Part shown: piece by piece, positions 14,248 through 26,295 of the stretch | Layout: each line of letters starts with the position of its first letter | Numbering within the stretch: position 1 is the stretch's first letter | Assembly (NCBI GenBank): GCA_051294375.1 | Contig: CM119266.1 | Coordinates: 11,881,180-11,945,179, forward strand | Direction of reading: 5' to 3' | Length of the DNA stretch: 64,000 bases | Source of the DNA: Paraspadella gotoi | Lineage: Eukaryota > Animalia > Chaetognatha | The notes under the pieces: generated by a model | Told to the model about the DNA's origin: nothing | Database searches by the model: none | The model's input: only the letters and a program-made list of their open reading frames with translations | Position numbers and translations under genes: made by a program

Positions 14248-14603
14248 AAAACAAGAACGGTAATTCCAATGTGTTGCGCCGCAGTGACTTTATTTTTATG
14301 ATCACATGAATATGACATGACATGACTAAAAAAACTTTTTTTGCTGTGTATTTATGACATGCACTGCATCAAAATTCTGTCTTTCATTCTTTATAGGTTA
14401 AGGAATTCCTGAAGGCTGTGCGAGCAGTCCCTTAGATTTGAGGTTTTTCATCTTAACAAATGAGCAACCAAACTATAGACAAATTGTATGCATTTTTAAC
14501 TTAAGTGGGGAAAGACCGACGGACAGACATACCGACGGACCGACAAACCGACAGGAAAGTGACTTATAGAGTTTCTCGCGAGTACTCGCGGCGGAACTAA
14601 AAA
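14248..14603 (-). mobile_element. Helentron/DINE-like short element, family 2
   Basis: Reverse-complement homolog of 42110-42411, sharing CGCGAGTACTCGCG, CCGACGGAC repeats, ATGCATTTTTAAC and GAACGGTAATTC..ATGTGTTGCG. Confidence 0.65.
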
Positions 14604-14704
14604 AAAATACAGAAAAGGGGGTTAATGGGAAGGAATGGAACGATAAGAAATCGAGAAAGGGCAAGAGTGGGGTGGGGGGTCCAGTCGTTCTCGCTCGGTA
14701 TCGA

Positions 14705-15165
14705 GCCCTGTAATATTTTCCATCATCACCCTACTAAGCTCTAAATAGTGTAGTTGTTCTGGCTCGGTAGCAAGGCCCTGTGATATTTCGGTCATCCACT
14801 CTATTAAGCTCTTATAGTGAAGTCGTTCTGGCTTGGTAGCAAAGCCCTGTGATATTTTCCATCATGCACCTACTAAGCTCTATAGTGTAGTTTTCTGGCT
14901 TGGTAGCGAAGCCCTGTGATATTTTCCATCATCCACCCTACTAAGCTCTAATAGTGTAGTTGTTCCAGCTTGGTAGGAAGGCCCTGTGATATTTGCCATC
15001 ATCCACGCCTACTAAACTCTTATAGTGTAGTTGTTCTTGACTTGGTAGCGAGGCCCTTTTATTTTTTACTGTCATTCTCCCCACTAAGCTCATATAGTGT
15101 TAGTCGTTCTGCCTTGGTAGAGAGCCTTGTGATATTTTCCGTCATCCACCCTACTAAGCTCTTAA
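14705..15165 (+). repeat. ~70-bp minisatellite, ~6.5 units
   Basis: Unit GCCCTGTGATATTTTCCATCATCCACCCTACTAAGCTCTAATAGTGTAGTTGTTCTGGCTTGGTAGCAAG, starting at 14705, 14775, 14844, 14911, 14981, 15053 and 15124. Confidence 0.95.
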
Positions 15166-15629
15166 TCGTTGGGGTGGCGAATTGGGGTAGAGAGAAAGGG
15201 GGAAAGAAGACGATTGTGTTTATAGGATTACAAAAAAAAAAAGAAAAGGAAAAAGACGTTGGAAGTTGATACTCGGAAGGGGAACGAAAAGGAAAAAAAA
15301 ACTCGTTTTTATTTCTTTTTTATTCGACTTTAGTGGAAATTACATCATTGATTTTCCGTCGAAAAAATCGTCGGCGCCATCTTTTTGAATAGGGACGACG
15401 ACGATGAGAACGATGACGACGATAACGACGCCTGCTGCGTGAAGCTAATGATTTCCTTTTTGAATGTAGTTATTTAAGACCACTCAAGTCTCGTGAAGCT
15501 AAAGAAATACAAAAAGAATTATATTTCAGACGGTAAAAATTTATTTATACACAAGAGAGTGAAGAGCAGGAGAATCTTGATCTCAATTCGGTTTGTAAAC
15601 TTTGACTAAAGTAAAACGCTCAAATACGA

Positions 15630-16035
15630 TGAGAAAGACGACGACGACGACGACGACGACGACGCAGACGAGAACGACGATATTGACGACGAAGGAAACC
15701 ACGAAACAACAACGACGACTTCGACGAAAACGACGGCGAAGACGACGACGACGAAACGACGACGATTACAAAGTCGCAGATGACAAAGGTGATATGAACG
15801 ACGACGACAACAAATAACACGACGAAAATGACGACGACGTCGATGACAAAAACCAAGATACGACGACGACGACGAAGCAACGACAACTCTACAAAGTCGC
15901 AGCTGACAAAAGAGTTGATGTAAACGTCAACGACAAACGAAATAACACGACACAAAAAATGACGACGACTACGACAAAAAATCAAGAAACAAACGACGAC
16001 GACGACGACGAAACAACGACGATGACGACGTCGAA
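15630..16035 (+). repeat. Degenerate (GAC/ACG)n-rich compound microsatellite (duplicate at ~22515-22900)
   Basis: Runs of GACGACGAC with a partial higher-order repeat (ACAAAGTCGCAG..TGACAAA..AAATAACACGAC occurs twice). Confidence 0.85.
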
Positions 16036-16530
16036 ATCTAAAGGTAAATCCTCCTGTCAAAGAAACCCTCCTCCCCTCGAGCCAAAGAAATATCGTCGAC
16101 GCGTAACGCTCTCCTCGGAGCCGTAATCTCTCCGTCGAAACCAGGGGGCGCCAACGAAGTCGCGGCCGCTAACTGTGCCGTCAGGTGGCGAAAGATGGCA
16201 ACAGATGGCGTCGATTGACGGGAAATGGCGACGACGATATGATGACACGATTGTTACACGACGAGGACGATGGCGGCTTTCGTTGAGTTCGTCCCGCATT
16301 TATGAAGACGATCTGACAAAAACGACAATGACGATAAACCACGACGACGAAGGCGACGACAGCGAAGACGATAATAACACTACGACAACGACGACAACGA
16401 CGACCAAAGCGAATCTCACGTCGCGACTCTTGACGTTTGACCGAAAAGGTCGACGTTTTCGTCAGGACGCGAGATTTCGCTGTCGAGGATGCATATTTCC
16501 GGTTCCTCTCTCTCTCTCCTCTCTCTCTCT

Positions 16531-16570
<40 letters not shown>

Positions 16571-19500
16571 TCTCTCCTCTCTCTCTCTCTCTTTTTTCTC
16601 TTGTCTTTTCTCTCTTTCCTACCACCTTCATTTTTTCCTCCAGTCCCAATTCTCATTCTTAAGAATCTAAATTCATCTCCACCACTCCCTCCCACTCCTC
16701 AGCTAAAGATTTTTTCGTCACCCTAGGGTCAATTCCTCAATCCTTTATTCTCCCCCGTTCGCGTTTTTCCATCCACCCATTTGGACTCCCAAGTCCGCGT
16801 TCGAATCCGCGGGACGCGCCGGCGTTATTCTCGTCGCCTTCGAAAACGCGAGTCGACACTTTTCTCCGTTTTAGATCTCCTGGCCGAGTCGTCGTTGTGT
16901 TGTTGTCTTGTTGTTATCGGTAGGAGTCCGTCTTTAGTTATTTTGGGAAAAAGTCCTTTCCTGCTTCTCGGATGCTTGGACAACGCGAGTCGAGGGACTC
17001 AACATAAGAGGAAGGAAAAAAAAGGCAACACATGACGAGTTCTTTCTTTTCACAACTTTTTTTTTGTTTTCTCAATATGTTTTCCCCGTTTTGTTTTTTT
17101 TTTCGTGTTTATTCATGTTTTCTCTTCTTTTTCTTCCTCCTCTTATCCACTTTCCTTTCCTCCCTTATCCATCAACTTCTTCTCGCGTTTCTCATTTTCT
17201 TTTTTACTCTTCGCCGACAGGTGGTTCCATTTCTTTAGAGATGGGCAAGATGACTGCGTCCTCTGATTCGAGAGTTCGGTGGACTCCCTGTGAGTCATTG
17301 CCTGCTAACACTACGTCGTCACTTGCCCCTAGAGATTTTCCGTGCGTAGACTGGATCTTTTCCATGACCGAGTACTGCGCCCTCTCCGGTAGCTTGATCC
17401 GAATCCGTCAAGGAACATGGTTTTGTCTTTGGAAACATACCTGGTCCAGCACAGATCAAGGGGAAGTATTATATAGAACTATCATCGAAGGAGTCAAATA
17501 TTACGCTCTGTATATCGGACTCACTTTAGGTTACCCGTACCCTGGGGCGCCTGGGTCTGGCGCTCCAGATACCATTCAAGTCCAGAAGGGTCGCATTCCA
17601 CTGGCGCCAAGCGTTGGGTCATCCCGCAACCCAGTGCCCCGAAGGCACGGTCCGTACGGATGTACTTATATCTACAAGCTATGAAGAAGAGATGTGAACG
17701 TGCGTTGTGAAGCGGGATTCATTTCATCTCATCTCTCTTCGCTTGGCGCCCTCGCGATCATTGCTTTTCCAAATACTCTCGTTTGCCCGATCTTAATACC
17801 TTACTTTGTTTTTTTCACAACATATTGTATCTGTCAAGATCTTTATAAGTTTGGTTCCCCGCTGTGTTGTTTCCGCCTTGTTTCGTAAATCAAATTCCAC
17901 CAGTTTTCTTTTAAATATCTCCGTTTCCCTGTTGTTCCTCGGATATCCAATGCCGTCTCCTACTCATTATTTTCTCTCCTTTTACCCCTCTCCGCAATTG
18001 TTCCCGTCGTAATTTAAGACTTCCGAGTCTTTCACCAATCGCCCACATCGAGAGAATTTACCAAGTCGGATATTACTCTCTCTTCCACTTCGAAAGTATC
18101 GGAAATCCGATTCCATTCGGCCACGCCCACCGAAACGTCGTGATGACCCGTTCGCCCGAGGAGAAAAAGGAGGGAATCTATTCATTAATTATTCTTCTTT
18201 TTATCGTTTTCTGTCTAAATAGCGGGAATTTCTGTTTTTCCGCTCGCGGCTGTGACTCGCTTTTGCTCTCACTCTNNNNNNNNNNNNNNNNNNNNNNNNN
18301 NNNNNNNNNNNNNNNNNNNNNNNNNNNNNNNNNNNNNNNNNNNNNNNNNNNNNNNNNNNNNNNNNNNNNNNNNNNNNNNNNNNNNNNNNNNNNNNNNNNN
18401 NNNNNNNNNNNNNNNNNNNNNNNNNNNNNNNNNNNNNNNNNNNNNNNNNNNNNNNNNNNNNNNNNNNNNNNNNNNNNNNNNNNNNNNNNNNNNNNNNNNN
18501 NNNNNNNNNNNNNNNNNNNNNNNNNNNNNNNNNNNNNNNNNNNNNNNNNNNNNNNNNNNNNNNNNNNNNNNNNNNNNNNNNNNNNNNNNNNNNNNNNNNN
18601 NNNNNNNNNNNNNNNNNNNNNNNNNNNNNNNNNNNNNNNNNNNNNNNNNNNNNNNNNNNNNNNNNNNNNNNNNNNNNNNNNNNNNNNNNNNNNNNNNNNN
18701 NNNNNNNNNNNNNNNNNNNNNNNNNNNNNNNNNNNNNNNNNNNNNNNNNNNNNNNNNNNNNNNNNNNNNNNNNNNNNNNNNNNNNNNNNNNNNNNNNNNN
18801 NNNNNNNNNNNNNNNNNNNNNNNNNNNNNNGTACGGCCTACGATAAACGGAAGCGCCTCACATTTCCGCCGACAATAATCTCCTCCGGTTTTGTGGCCTG
18901 AGTTCTTCCCGTTCTCCTACCCGTTCTCTCACCGAATCTCCTTCCGGTTCTCCCAGTTCTCCCCGTATCGAGAGGACGACCTTTATAGCGGAGTCGCTCA
19001 GTTCGTCTGTACTGCGGTCGTTTTGCCGAATTTCCAAGAGTCACTTATCGACGATGGAAAGATGGACGGATGGACGGATGGATTCTGCCTCTTTGATGGA
19101 ATCCGCTTCGTTTTCTTTTCCTTTTCTCGTAACCTTTGCACCTTCTACTGAATGTACTCTTTGACAAAATTACTTTCTTCATTATTGTAATCATCCGCTC
19201 CTTCATTCTCTCTCTTTTTTATAGTTATATAGTAATTGTTATAGTTATAGTTTTAAAGAGAAAGCGTTAGATTGTTGAATAAAATTGAAACAATTGAAGT
19301 AATTTCAAATTTGTAATTTGCAAGAGCGCACTTTAATTTACTCCATTAAGTTATATTCAAATGTTTTTTATTTCGTCATTCCCACCGAGAAGTTTCTTTT
19401 TCTTTTTAATCTTCTTCTTCCTTGCCCCTTAACCGACCTTACCTCTCTTATTCTCTCTTTTCACATCGAGATATAAACTTAAAAAGCAAATATTCCCAAA

Positions 19501-19710
19501 TCGTCCATCGCGCAATAAACTCCCCTTCGTGCGCCTCGCCCACCTCAAATCCCGCAAGTCGTTTTCCGTCTCGTTTGGCGAAACTTACCTTTTCTTCGCC
19601 TCGTTCGAATCCCCGGCGTCGATTTTACCTTTTTATAGTTCATATGCGCTGCCAGGTCGGGCCGACCTCGACGGGGTTTCGTCTAGGCCTGTCTCGGTTC
19701 CCCGTCTTCC

Positions 19711-19798
<88 letters not shown>

Positions 19799-21050
19799 TT
19801 CTCATCTTACCTAGAGACCGGCGCCAAACGTCTCACTCCATCACGATCACCCCGAGCTTGAAATGCAACTCGACTCATTCCTTTCTCGCCGGGACACACC
19901 GCGTCTTAAACTCACTCGAACGTGAACCCTTGGCAGAAATTGATTCGTCTTCATCCCTGGGTCCACCTCCATCGACCCTAGCAATGACCCTATTCGCCTC
20001 TTATCCATCAGAATGTCCTCTCTATCCATCAAAATCCCTCAACGTCATTTCCGCAAATCCAGCCTTCTCCCTTTTTATTCATTACTCATAACCTTTAAAG
20101 CCTTAAGTCGTTCTCTCTCACGACTCATACCTCCGGGGGCAGTTTTTCTCCAATGGAAGTTTTCACTAACTCATGAAATTGGTACAACCAATATAAGAAT
20201 TATCCATTCGTTTAATAAATAAGCTATTTTGCCCCTGACTTTGGACAAGCTTTGGTGGTTTAAGGCCTCTTTCACTCTTACAAGATATTATTTTTTTTTC
20301 TCGAACAGTTCCTCAAAATACTGTTCATTTATTGTTTGTATTAGTAGATATATATTTTCTGTATATTTTGTCGCTTATTTCTTTTTTAATACGTTCCTAT
20401 TTCCTAACATTCTTACGACCTTTCATAATTTCTCAGTTCTTTCATATTATTTTTTCTACCTTCGCACCTTTTTTATTTTCTTTTTTCCTTTTCAATTTGA
20501 CTTCAGATGTCAGCGTCGGTCGTCTCTTTCCTCACTTAATCCCCCAGCACAACTTACCCCTGAGACAACCAACCCCCCACTCCCCGACCCTTCCCCCTCA
20601 ATGACCATCGGGATCCAATTTCACGCGGCATCGCCTCTTCTCCGACGACGTCGTTCGTCGTTCGTCTTTCTCCTTTCCGAAAGATGTCGGTTTTCGAGAA
20701 GCTTCGCCCGGGTTTTAGACAAAAGACAAACGGCCGAACACGTTGTTTACAAGGCAGCGATGGAGAGGAGAAAGAGAGGGAGAGAGCCTTGTTTAAACAT
20801 ATTATAGGAGGATAAAATATAAGAAGAATGATATTACGTATAAAATTATTAAATTTCTTGTTTACCATAATGTATCAAAATTTGTATGATAATTATGAAA
20901 GTTCACGATCCTATCGCCTCCACCGTCGACTCGTATGAAAACAAATCTAGAAATGTTAAAAGAGTAATGTGCATAATAACGCGAAATGAAAAAAAAAATG
21001 TGCGAGCAATATTGCGCAGTGGATGTTGGTAATAACGCCAGAGAGAGGGG

Positions 21051-21108
<58 letters not shown>

Positions 21109-21120
21109 AGTGAGTGAGAG

Positions 21121-21480
21121 TAAAACAAGAACGGTAATTCCAATGTGTTGCGCCGCAGTGACTTTATTTTTATGATCACATGATATGACATGACATGACT
21201 AAAAAACTTTTTTTGCCTGTGTATTTATGACATGCACTGCATCAAAATTCTGTCTTTCATTCTTTATAGTTTTAGGAATTCCTGAAGGCTGTGCGAGCAG
21301 TCCCTTAGATTTGAGGTTTTTTCTATCTTAACAAATGAGCAACCAACTATAGACAAATTGTATGCATTTTTAACTTAAGTGGGAAAGACCGACGGACAGA
21401 CATACCGACGGACCGACAAACCGACAGAAAAGTGACTTATAGAGTTTCTCCGCGAGTACTCGCGGCGGAACTAAAAAAAA
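21121..21480 (-). mobile_element. Helentron/DINE-like short element, family 2 (copy inside the large duplication)
   Basis: Near-identical to 14248-14603. Confidence 0.6.
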
Positions 21481-21580
21481 TACAGAAAAGGGGGTTAATG
21501 GGAAGGAATGGAACCGATAAGAAATCGAGAAAAGGGCAAGAGTGGGGTGGGGGGTCCAGTCGTTCTCGCTCGGTATCGAG

Positions 21581-22042
21581 GCCCTGTAATATTTTCCATC
21601 ATCCACCCTACTAAGCTCTAATAGTGTAGTTGTTCTGGCTCGGTAGCAAGGCCCTGTGATATTTTCGGTCATCCACTCTATTAAGCTCTTATAGTGAAGT
21701 CGTTCTGGCTTGGTAGCAAAGCCCTGTGATATTTTCCATCATGCACCCTACTAAGCTCTTATAGTGTAGTTGTTCTGGCTTGGTAGCGAGACCCTGTGAT
21801 ATTTTCCATCATCCACCCTACTAAGCTCTAATAGTGTAGTTGTTCCAGCTTGGTAGGAAGGCCCTGTGATATTTGCCATCATCCACCCTACTAAGCTCTT
21901 ATAGTGTAGTTGTTCTGACTTGGTAGCGAGGCCCTTTTATTTTTTACTGTCATCCTCCCCACTAAGCTCATATAGTGTAGTCGTTCTGCCTTGGTAGAGA
22001 GCCTTGTGATATTTTCCGTCATCCACCCTACTAAGCTCTTAT
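21581..22042 (+). repeat. ~70-bp minisatellite (duplicate copy)
   Basis: Same unit as 14705-15165, inside copy 2 of the large duplication. Confidence 0.95.
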
Positions 22043-23368
22043 CGTGGGGTGGCGATTGGGGGTAGAAGAGAAAGGGGGAAAGAGAGACGATTGTGTTTAT
22101 AGGATTACAAAAAAAAAAAGAAAAGGAAAAAGACGTTGGAAGTTGATACTCGGAAGTGGGAAGAAGAAGGAAAAAAAAACTCGTTTTTTATTTCCTTTTT
22201 TATTCGACTTTAGTGGAAATTACATCATTGATTTTCCGTCGAAAAAAATCGTCGGCGCCATCTTTTGAATAGGGGGACGACGACGATGAGAACGATGACG
22301 ACGATAACGACGCCTGCTGCGTGAAGCTAATGATTTCCTTTTGAATGTAAGTAATTTAAGACCACTCAAGTCTCGTGAAGCTAAAGAAATACAAAAAGAA
22401 TTATATTCAGACGGTAAAAATTTATTTATACACAAGAAGTAAGAGCAGGAGAATCTTGATCTCAATTCGGTTGTAAACTTTGACTAAAAGTAAAACGCTC
22501 AAATTACGATGAGAAAGACGACGACGACGACGACGACGACGCAGACGAGAACGACGATATTGACGACGAAGGAAACCACGAAACAACAACGACGACTTCG
22601 ACGAAAACGACGGCGAAGACGACGACGACGAAACGACGACGATTACAAAGTCGCAGATGACAAAGGTGATATGAACGACGACGACAACAAATAACACGAC
22701 GAAAATGATGACGACGTCGATGACAAAAACCAAGATACGACGACGACGACGAAGCAACGACAACTCTACAAAGTCGCAGCTGACAAAGGTGATGTAAACG
22801 TCAACGACAACAAATAACACGACAAAAATGACGACGACTACGACAAAAAATCAAGAAACAACGACGACGACGACGAAACAACGACGATGACGACGTCGAA
22901 TCTAAAGGTAAATCCTCCTGTCAAAGAAACCCTCTCCCCTCGAGCCAAAGAAATATCGTCGACGCGTAACGCTCTCCTCGGAGCCGTAAATCTCTCCGTC
23001 GAAACCAGGTGGCGCCAACGAAGTCGCGGCCGCGTAACTGTGCCGTCAGGTGGCGAAAGATGGCAACAGATGGCGTCGATTGACGGGAATGGCGACGACG
23101 ATGATGACGACGATTGTTACACGACGAGGACGATGGCGGCTTTCGTTGAGTTCGTCCCGCATTTTATGAAGACGATCTTGACAAAAACGACAATGACGAT
23201 AACCACGACGACGAAGGCGACGACAGCGAAGACGATAATAACGACGACAACGACGACAACGACGACCAAGAGCGAATCTCACGTCGCGACTCTTGACGTT
23301 TGACCGAAAAGGTCGACGTTTTCGTCCAGACGCGAGATTTCGCTGTCGAGGATGCATATTTCCGGTTC

Positions 23369-23452
<84 letters not shown>

Positions 23453-24739
23453 TTTTTCTCTTGTCTTTTTCTCTCTTCCTATCCACCTTCATTTTTTCCC
23501 AGTCCCAATTCTCATCTTAGAAATCTAAAATTTCATCTCCACCCCCCTCCCACTCCTCGCTAAAATTTTCGTCACCCTCAGGGTCAATTCTCAATCTTTA
23601 TTCTCCCCCGTCGCGTTTTTCCATCCACCATTGTGACTCCCAAGGTCGCGCGTTCGAATCCCGGGACGCGCGCGTTTATTCTCGCGCCTTCGAAAACGCG
23701 AGGTCGCAACTTTTCTCCGTTTTAGATCTCCCTGGCCGAGTCGTCGTTGTTGTTGTTGTCGTTGTTGTTATCGTAGGAGTCCGTCTTAGTTATTTTGGGA
23801 AAAAGTCTTTCCTCTTCTCGATGCTTGCAACGCGAGTCGAGGGACTCAACATAAGAGGAAGGGAAAAAAAGGCAACCATGACTGATTGTTTTCTTTTCCT
23901 TTTACAACTTTTTTTTTGTTTTCTCAATATGTTTTCCCCGTTTTTTTTTTGTGGTTTATTCATGTTTTTCTCTTCTTTTTCTTTCCTCCCTTTCCGACTT
24001 TCCTTTCCTCCCTTCATCCATCAAGACTTCTTCTCGCGTTTCTCATTTTCTTTTTTACTCTTCGCCGACAAGGTGGTTTCCATTTCTTTTTTTCTTCTCC
24101 TCTTCATTCCTCCTTTCTCCCTCTACTTCTTCGTCCTCCCCAAATTTCCCCTCCCTCTCCCTCTCCCCCAACCTCCTTGGTCCAGCCAACAAAAAAAAAG
24201 TCAAAGCCTTTACGATCCCCACTTAGACCGGGGCGTCGCGCCAAAAATCGCGTCATCCCCTTTCTTCCGTTTTTTCGATGCCCAACGCGTCGTCGTTCGT
24301 AACTCCCCCGCGGTCTCCGAGGCTCCCTAAGCCTGTTACGCGACTGGGTTCGCAGCCGAGAATCCCGCGCCGCCCCTGCGGGGTCGAGAGGGGGTCAAGC
24401 CCTTGTGTCTCCCCCGTTCCCCCCCCCCAGCTCTGGCGGCGACGAGCGGAATAAGAATCGCGACCGGGGAAAACGATTTTGGGTCGGAGGCGATGAAACG
24501 AATTCTCCACAGATTTGGCCACACCGAGGTGTGGGTTGTCCACACTGACCTGACTCGTTTAAATACTCGGCCTTTACAGTATCAATTTGATCCAATTATT
24601 TTTTTTTTAGACTGGAACATTTTTCGCGTAGCCATGGTTAGTGGTTATCTTTATAANNNNNNNNNNNNNNNNNNNNNNNNNATTGTATTATAAAATTTCT
24701 AAACCAATATACTAGGATAACAATCTTTATTCCTCCTCC

Positions 24740-24858
24740 TCTTCCCGCTTCCCTTCCCCTTCCCTTCCCTTCCCTCCTTTCTCCACTTCCCCTTCCCCTT
24801 CCCCTTCCCTTCCCCTTCCCCTTCCCCTTTCCCCTTACCCTTCCCTTACCCCCTTTCC
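24740..24858 (+). repeat. (CCCCTT)n-like simple repeat
   Basis: Tandem CCCCTT/CCCTT units; the minus strand is G-rich. Confidence 0.9.
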
Positions 24859-24997
24859 CAACCACCATTCGCCACCTCGCGGATATTTTTTGTTAAACGA
24901 GGAGCATTAAACCTTTTATTCATTTTTTATTTTTGTACTCTGCCGCCATTTTCAGCACAATTTCTCTCTCTCTCTCTCTCTCCTCTCTTCCATCCTC

Positions 24998-25044
<47 letters not shown>

Positions 25045-25072
25045 CCCTCTCTTTCCCCTCCTCTCTTTTTCA

Positions 25073-25488
25073 CTCGTGATTATGCGTTCTTTTTACGATC
25101 GATCCTCTTTCTGGGGCATTCGGCGTTGTTCCATTTTCACTTAGCGGTTTTTTAGCTACAATTCAACCGTTCAACGTAAAAAAAAGAAAAAAATGTCACG
25201 TTTAAATTAAGTTACTAAAAATAATGAAATTCCATAATGGCAAGGTTTATGCGAAATGACTTGTTCCCATTCAGAACCTTTCATCTTTCGCCTATCACTA
25301 AAACACTCGGTCTTACAGGCGGGACAATGGGCAATAGCTTACTTTCAAGCAACCACTGCGTGATACTTTTCCTTCCCGACGATCAACTCATAATTTTGCG
25401 CGATTCCGCAGTCGCAGGGAAAAATGGCAGTCGCTCCCGACCACTTTTTCTTTAACGATGCCATAATCCAATTTCTCTCTCTTTTTTT
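25073..25488 (+). repeat. ~415-bp direct duplication (partner 26324-26742)
   Basis: Colinear from CTCGTG.TTATGCG.TCTTTT to TTAACGATGCCATAA..ATTTCTCTCTCTTTTT, with indel-type differences. Confidence 0.9.
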
Positions 25489-25602
25489 TCCTCTCTTCTC
25501 TCTCTCTCTCTACTCTCTCTCTCTCTCTCGTCATCTCTCCTCTCTCTCTTCTTCTCTCTCTCTCTGCTAGGGTTCTTCGTGAAAATGGCTCCGGAGAAAA
25601 TG

Positions 25603-26295
25603 AGCGTCCTGGGGAAAGTTTTCAGAATCGAAATGAACAGCCAATTAATTGACGAACATATGGCGGCCAATGGGGCGACGTCAAGTAGGAGAAGTCATTT
25701 CTGAGAACAGTCACTTCTCGTCCAAGAGATTTTAGGTTGATCGATAAACGAACTTTGATATGTGGGATATCGCATTTAAATGTGAACATGATTATAGATA
25801 ATAATATTATTTTCGTAATCTCAACCATTAGATTATAGATGTTTAAATTAGTTTCATCCCTGTTAAAACGTCTGTTTCAAATTCCTTTTTCTTCAATTTA
25901 TTTTCTGAGGAAAGACTTATTCGCAACGGTAATGTTTATGAGGAAAAGTCCCTGGCCGAATCAGTATTAGAAAAGAAGGAGTAGTAGAACTCGGACCGCG
26001 GAGATGGAACTAAAGGAACGATCATCGGGAGAGAGGGGGGAAGAGAGGATGAGATCGAATTTTTTTTTATCTTTTTAATTTCCTTTTGGCCGCTAAAATT
26101 CCAAAAACCTTTTCCTCGCGGGATTCTTCGTGTTTTCGACGACGGGAGATTTTAATCCTTTTCGCGGAGAGATAAAAGAGGAGAAGAGGAAAATGAGGAA
26201 GAAGAAGACATAAAGAAAGGAAAAGAAAGAAAGAAAAAAGGAGGAAGAAGACAGATTAAGAAACGAAAGTAGGAGGAACAGAGGCGGAAAGAGAA
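25603..26295 (+). repeat. ~700-bp direct duplication (partner ~32978-33715)
   Basis: Colinear from GAGCGTC..GGAAAGTTTTCAGA to GAGGCGG(G)AAAGAGA. The partner has a 25-N gap (33106-33130) where this copy is contiguous. Confidence 0.9.

Larger units (their letters stand above)
11420..17236 (+). repeat. Large direct duplication, copy 1 (~5.8 kb)
   Basis: Colinear with 18076-24090 from TCTTCCACTTCGA..TATCGGAAATCC to TCGCCGACA(A)GGTGGTT(T)CCATTTCTTT. Differences are mainly 1-3 nt indels and microsatellite lengths. Confidence 0.95.
18076..24090 (+). repeat. Large direct duplication, copy 2
   Basis: Colinear with 11420-17236. Its 555-N gap (18276-18830) corresponds to ~210 bp of CT-rich sequence in copy 1. 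Confidence 0.95.

Noticed and set aside
14705-15165. CRISPR-like regular array
   Set aside because: The whole 70-bp unit repeats, with no unique spacers and no cas genes, in a eukaryotic context. It is a minisatellite.
23630-23680. tRNA/SINE-like B-box (GGTCGCGCGTTCGAATCCCGG; also ~16790-16820 and ~12555)
   Set aside because: No A-box or cloverleaf could be built, so it is too short to call.
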